Positions 62,001 through 64,000 of a stretch of 64,000 nt of DNA are shown one piece after another. The notes below the pieces were generated by a model. It ran no database searches and was not told where the DNA came from. It was given only the letters and a program-made list of their open reading frames with translations. The stretch is from assembly GCA_964035545.1 (NCBI GenBank), contig OZ037766.1:16978722-17042721 (forward strand), read 5' to 3'. The stretch comes from Bugula neritina (Eukaryota > Animalia > Bryozoa). Positions within the stretch are counted from its first letter, which is position 1, and every line of letters begins with the position of its first letter. The position numbers were made by a program, and so were the translations under genes.

Positions 62001-63880
62001 ATAGGTGTCATGGACAATTTTCATTTTATTGTCAGATTTTTAGACAGTTGTGACTGTTAAGATTATTGTTAAATAAATCTTCAGTGAATAATGAACATTT
62101 CACAATAGTTTAAATCAAAAAACATAAATAAATAATGATAAAATTAAATTACTTATAACAAAAACCAAACTCGTCAAGAGTCATCTTTCCGTATCAAAAA
62201 TTTAATTTTCACTTAATTTGATAGTTATTTTTATGTTCATAGACATGCTGACTTATAAAACATAAACTTTAAATTAGTAAAAACGCAGGGAGCAATGTTG
62301 GAAAAACAAAGATGTTCACAAAGTTTAAAAAAAATTAAATATTTTCGCGACACCCATTTTAGTTAAATAACCTACAATGACTAAAATGGGTGTCAAGAAT
62401 TTTGATTTGCATTTAGCATTGAGAACAGATATAATTTTACAGTTGACATCATTACACTGATTTTGCATTTTTACACAAGCTGAGTTAATTAAAAAGTTAT
62501 GAAACTGCAACACGAGAACAAATAAGATTAAAATCATTGTGAACATCCTTGGAGTCAAAAACTGCGGGGTGTCACGAAAAATTCAATACATAGATTTTAA
62601 CTTAATTTTAGTGATATTTTTTAGTTTTCAGACATGCTGACTGACGAACCATATACTTTAAACTAGTAAAAATACTGAGAGCAATATTAACAAACAAAAA
62701 TGTTCACAAAATGTGAAAATAAAACTAAAAGTCTTTGCGACACCCATTTTAGTCAAAACCCCCACAAATGACTAAAATGGGTATCACGGTGATTTTTGCT
62801 TGCAAGCGGACTCGAGCGTCTATAGCCAAGATGCCAAATCGAGTGCGTAGTACAGCGAAGATGCTGTTGACGTCGGGTCCTAACCAATAGGGTTTGGCCT
62901 TATCTGTCAACGCCAGCTGCAGTTGCAACAGGGCCACACGAGGTGGCTACTGGGTGACGACTACCACGTCACTAAACTCCTGGATCAATTGTTCCACGTT
63001 CTCATTGCCAGTAAAGACAGGGGCCTTCAGGCAGTATCTATAGTCAGGTAGTTCCCTGTGAGCCTCCTCGTCCCGTGGCACTAGGTTTTCTAGAACAATT
63101 TGATTTTCGGGCTCACCTTTGTCTTGTCGTGGAGGTTGCACAGGTTCTTCTACCATGGCGGGGACTCCATCGCCAGGTGCTGCCATCTTAATCCTCCTTA
63201 TTATCTAGATAGCAGTTGCATTTGAACACAATTATCCCACCGCTGCCACCACTGTTGTAGTTTATTGCACTACTGATTTGGGCATTATTGTGCGCTGGTG
63301 TTTACTGCATCTCTGCTTGCGAGGTTATAGAGGTAACCGAACTAGTTGAGTGTTCGATGAATAACTGTATTATAATTAATTATGTACAATAAAAACAATC
63401 ACAATTACAATGAGAGAAACAACATAAGTATAAAACGTAGAGCGTTACATGTAGTCAACTAGTTATCTACTACTACTGTCCAAGACTGCTGTGGGCGCCG
63501 GCAGGCCTTGCTTATATATACAGAGTGGATCCTGATTAGATTACACAGGGTTCCGGCGGTGTCATCCGTAGTTACTAATAGGGCACCGCATAGACATGCG
63601 GAGTTGTCATCCTTGATGTTAGTTTCACCATAATCTATAGAGTCATGTTTAGCAGGGGGTACTGGGGGGTATACTTCTCTTAACCATTACAGTGTAATAA
63701 CACGGTTTAGTTTTATAGTGTGCTGTGCACTGCAGAGGATGTGCAAGTAAAGTTTTTAGAGGAAAGTAAGGCAAGGCTTTATTTCTTTATTCTCATTAAT
63801 TGCAGGTCATGTGTCAAAGGCCTTGATACGGAAAGCTGGAGAGCTTATAAAAAGAGAAGTAGAAATCCTCTCAACCAAGC
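23065..63880 (+). CDS. PARP14: PARP14-like macro-PARP (multi-RRM, KH region, >=4 macrodomains); 3' end (expected WWE/ART) outside window
   Basis: Phase-consistent GT-AG exons: 23065-23092, 23250-23309, 23390-23554, 23885-24118, 24369-24470, 24742-24918, 25994-26161, 26564-26692, 26902-26985, 39885-40046, 40331-40414, 40515-40673, 40939-41055, 41768-41971, 42212-42487, 42972-43112, 43279-43458, 43835-44092, 44219-44452, 46487-46763, 46856-48282, 48434-48922, 49096-49187, 50575-50796, 56864-57085, 57305-57416, 58179-58270, 58578-58799, 60044-60265, 60625-60736, 60971-61102, 63806-63880 (6,658 nt). Motifs: PARP14-type RRM '[16 protein letters not shown]'; macro motifs [44 protein letters not shown] and [16 protein letters not shown]. 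Symbol denotes family likeness, not proven orthology. Confidence 0.85.
25863..25935 (+). mobile_element. tRNA-derived SINE head
   Basis: Box A-like TGGTTTAATAG and box B GGTTCGAATCCC; no complete cloverleaf. Confidence 0.55.
29611..31398. mobile_element. Non-autonomous hAT element inserted in gypsy pol
   Basis: TIR CAG(G/A)GATG(T/G)AGTGG, perfect 8-bp TSD CTTAGGTG; contains a Kolobok-like insert at ~30685-31292. Confidence 0.9.
33471..34623. mobile_element. MULE-like non-autonomous element with TTCCGAAGG subrepeats
   Basis: GGGTGACTAGTCAATA...CTCCGTCCC ends; degenerate 9-bp TSD TCAATCATC/CCAATCGTC; inserted beside the gypsy PBS. Confidence 0.65.
35084..35255. repeat. ~170-bp foldback (imperfect palindrome)
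   Basis: ACTGGCTCATCTGT...CTAGGCTACCC arm matches the reverse complement of 35176-35255. Confidence 0.85.
35256..38490 (-). mobile_element. Second Ty3/gypsy element, 5'-truncated and internally deleted
   Basis: Probable 3' LTR ~35256-35579 with purine tract at ~35580-35592; RT N-terminus (PIRQPRRR...SAWS, DYRKPN...DAYSLPR) fused to integrase C-terminus (GDWVW...[10 protein letters not shown]); extra downstream coding region 36097-36603. Confidence 0.85.
39595..39718. repeat. ~17-bp minisatellite (ATACTATGTGACACAAT)
   Basis: Direct inspection. Confidence 0.8.
41113..41330 (+). mobile_element. tRNA-derived SINE
   Basis: Box A GTGGTCTAGGGG, box B GGTTCGAGCCC, followed by a non-tRNA body. Confidence 0.6.
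42488..42573 (+). repeat. (GAGT)n microsatellite starting at a splice donor
   Basis: GATG|GTGAGTGAGTGAGT..., about 21 units. Confidence 0.95.
44996..45777. mobile_element. GGTAATAATGGCAC-repeat MITE containing a nested MULE-like element (45129-45532)
   Basis: Related to 15127-15401; inner element has GACTAGTCAATA / CTCCGTCCC ends and an ACAGAAAA direct-repeat flank. Confidence 0.65.
46856..48282 (+). CDS. Large exon of PARP14-like gene: KH-like repeats plus N-terminal half of macrodomain 1
   Basis: ORF 46863-48323; acceptor ttatag|A at 46856, donor AAAG|gtttgc after 48282; ends in [32 protein letters not shown]. Confidence 0.85.
48434..48922 (+). CDS. Exon: C-terminal half of macrodomain 1 plus Ser-rich linker
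   Basis: [10 protein letters not shown]...[17 protein letters not shown]...[14 protein letters not shown]; acceptor ttccag, donor TCAG|gtacaa. Confidence 0.9.
48915..49070. repeat. ~32-bp minisatellite (TAGTTCAGCTACAAAGACTATATATTATATAC)
   Basis: About 5 units beginning across the exon donor; expanded copy at 57800-58150. Confidence 0.85.
49096..57416 (+). CDS. Macrodomain-2 module, copy A (4 exons: 92+222+222+112 nt)
   Basis: [12 protein letters not shown]|EDTLVNSVG...LACKKVLHC|...[14 protein letters not shown]|linker; canonical splice sites. Confidence 0.85.
50295..50422. repeat. 17-bp tandem repeat (GGGCCTATGTGCGC(G/C)T)
   Basis: About 7 units. Confidence 0.9.
50965..51390. repeat. (TACTA)n-type microsatellite, RTE insertion site
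   Basis: Continues at 55166-55200 after the RTE. Confidence 0.85.
51391..55165 (-). mobile_element. Apparently full-length RTE-clade LINE
   Basis: ~480-nt leader, single intact ORF, short 3'UTR with (CA)n tail; candidate 12-bp TSD AATATATACTAT/ACTATATACTAT within the microsatellite. Confidence 0.9.
51497..54685 (-). CDS. RTE LINE polyprotein: APE endonuclease, reverse transcriptase, C2H2 finger (1062 aa)
   Basis: [27 protein letters not shown]; [19 protein letters not shown]; [21 protein letters not shown]. Confidence 0.97.
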   Translation of the reverse strand: MNIATWNVRTMMDNDKPNRPERRTAFIARELRRLNVDIAALQETRLADEGQLTEIGGGYTFFWRGKPADEQRVHGVGFAIKNEVVRKLDQLPVGINDRMMTLQLNLRRNRKATLISAYAPTLLADHQEKEQFYSNLDMVLSGIPKSAKIMVLGDFNARVGKDHHVWKKIIGKYGTGKLNSNREMLLTKCAEHSLAITNTLFRQKDRRKTSWRHPRSGHWHLIDYIIVKQRDVQDVRITRAMDLSDACWTDHRLILAKMNICIHPKQMNRKRKQTKINLSLLNQPEIKQSFQSELTENIQDIDINSTHGSWEVLRDSILKTCHSTLGKPERKHEDWFDDNEQEINELMRKKRHAFSLWHQDYRNVEKREHYHKMRGKVQARIRTIKNDWWIQKSEELQRLAETNSSKEFFSATKRLYGPIFGGCGPIASKDGSTIHKGKDEIKGRWAEHFSELLNQDTMVDEKTLECLPQLSILTHLAEPPTIDELEKALSMTKSGKAAGPDGIPGEIFKGGGLELNRKLLELFQLIWEKESLHPDLKDANIVTLYKKGNRADCGNYRGISLLSIAGKLLVRIVSFRLGQLTKRCLPESQCGFRPYRGTVDMIFAARQIQEKCLEQHRDLFMAFIDLKKAFDTVHRPTLWKVLGKIGCPDKLITIIRILHDDMKASVLVDGDHSKEFPVNTGVKQGCVIAPTLFSIFLTAVLQLVSECMPSGVRIRYRFNDIFNVRRLRAKTKTATEAIHELQYADDNMIMAHSEEELQLALTAFNTAYTSLGLTLNAKKTQVMCQPHPNTERHEDFSLKVGDQILDQVTTFNYLGSCLSSKANIDAEINRRLQAASSAFGRLQTRVFNNKDIYRQTKLKVYKAIVLLTLLYASETWVTYSHNLLSLEKFHNRSLRRILGVKWQDRQTTNSVLDKAQTTSITTMIVKRQLKWSGHVVRMDDNRLPKKIMYSELNTGNRSQGGQRKRYRDTLHESLKQCFIRPQTWEVQALDRKNWRTVVHQGTAIFEQQQRQKREHKRLLRKSRELCSVTHPPVTDSSNICPHCGKLCRSRIGLVSHLRTHNL
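55915..56788. mobile_element. Truncated second copy of the 5124-6412 element
   Basis: Colinear ~870-bp match to 5124-5980. Confidence 0.75.
57800..58150. repeat. Expanded copy of the ~32-bp minisatellite at the duplication junction
   Basis: About 10-11 units upstream of macro-2 copy B. Confidence 0.9.
58179..60736 (+). CDS. Macrodomain-2 module, copy B (tandem duplicate, same exon sizes 92+222+222+112 nt)
   Basis: Near-identical to copy A in the three domain exons; splice sites intact; no stops. Confidence 0.85.
58850..58920 (-). mobile_element. tRNA-derived SINE head
   Basis: Minus strand GGTATAATGG ... GGTTCAAATCCC. Confidence 0.45.
59270..59742 (-). mobile_element. Dispersed MITE-like repeat, inverted relative of 12735-13163
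   Basis: Shared blocks, e.g. AATGCATTAATAATAGAC and ACCAAAATAAATAA.TAGC.TCTAA. Confidence 0.6.
60971..63880 (+). CDS. First two exons of a further macrodomain (macro-3-like)
   Basis: [20 protein letters not shown] (60971-61102) spliced in phase 1 to [18 protein letters not shown] (63806-63880). Confidence 0.8.
61105..61250. repeat. ~22-bp minisatellite (GAGTATGACTCTGTAGTAGATA)
   Basis: Immediately after the donor at 61102. Confidence 0.8.
61921..62790. mobile_element. Foldback-like element with repeated inverted ATGACTAAAATGGGTGTC motifs
   Basis: Motif in both orientations at ~61925, 61965, 61995, 62350, 62378, 62740 and 62769; internal ~390-bp-period duplication. Confidence 0.55.
62795..63691 (-). 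mobile_element. Truncated gypsy 5' end: LTR, PBS and gag start
   Basis: LTR 63253-63691 (TG...CA), PBS TGGTGGCAGCGGTGGGAT at 63251-63234, gag-like ORF from 63186 ([15 protein letters not shown]...LRTRFG). Confidence 0.85.
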
Positions 63881-64000
63881 GTGAGTTTGGTCACACTAGT
63901 TTCTAGAAAATAGTTTCCACAAACAATATAATATTCTTTCACTTATAACTTTTCTGACGTTTAATATGTCTTTGAGAACTCAGTTTCAGTCTTGTCGTAT

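Noticed and set aside
46856-63880. Bacterial or viral macrodomain defence operon
   Set aside because: Macrodomains are split by spliceosomal introns within one eukaryotic gene

Overview
AT-rich eukaryotic (invertebrate-like) genomic DNA with two intron-rich host genes arranged head-to-head and a dense load of nested transposons. (1) On + is a very large PARP14-like macro-PARP gene. I assembled 32 GT-AG exons by hand (23065-63880, >=2,219 codons, running off the right edge). It has an extended RRM-like N-terminus of symmetric phase-1 exons, a 1.4-kb KH-region exon, a hydrolase-type macrodomain 1, two tandem copies of a macrodomain-2 module and the start of another macrodomain. The two macro-2 copies are ~98% identical in their domain exons but only ~61% in the linker exon, suggesting concerted evolution with clustered amino-acid changes. 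(2) On - is an ~445-aa uncharacterised 8-coding-exon gene (10438-2054). Between the genes lies a candidate bidirectional promoter with two kB-type motifs. Mobile DNA includes two Academ elements, an intact-ORF RTE LINE, decayed RTEs, three Ty3/gypsy remnants, two adjacent solo LTRs, hAT, Kolobok, MULE-like, pogo-like and ISL2EU-like non-autonomous elements, tRNA-SINE heads and several mini/microsatellites. One 12.9-kb intron is a four-level nest. Gene models and family assignments are by eye, without RNA data or database searches.
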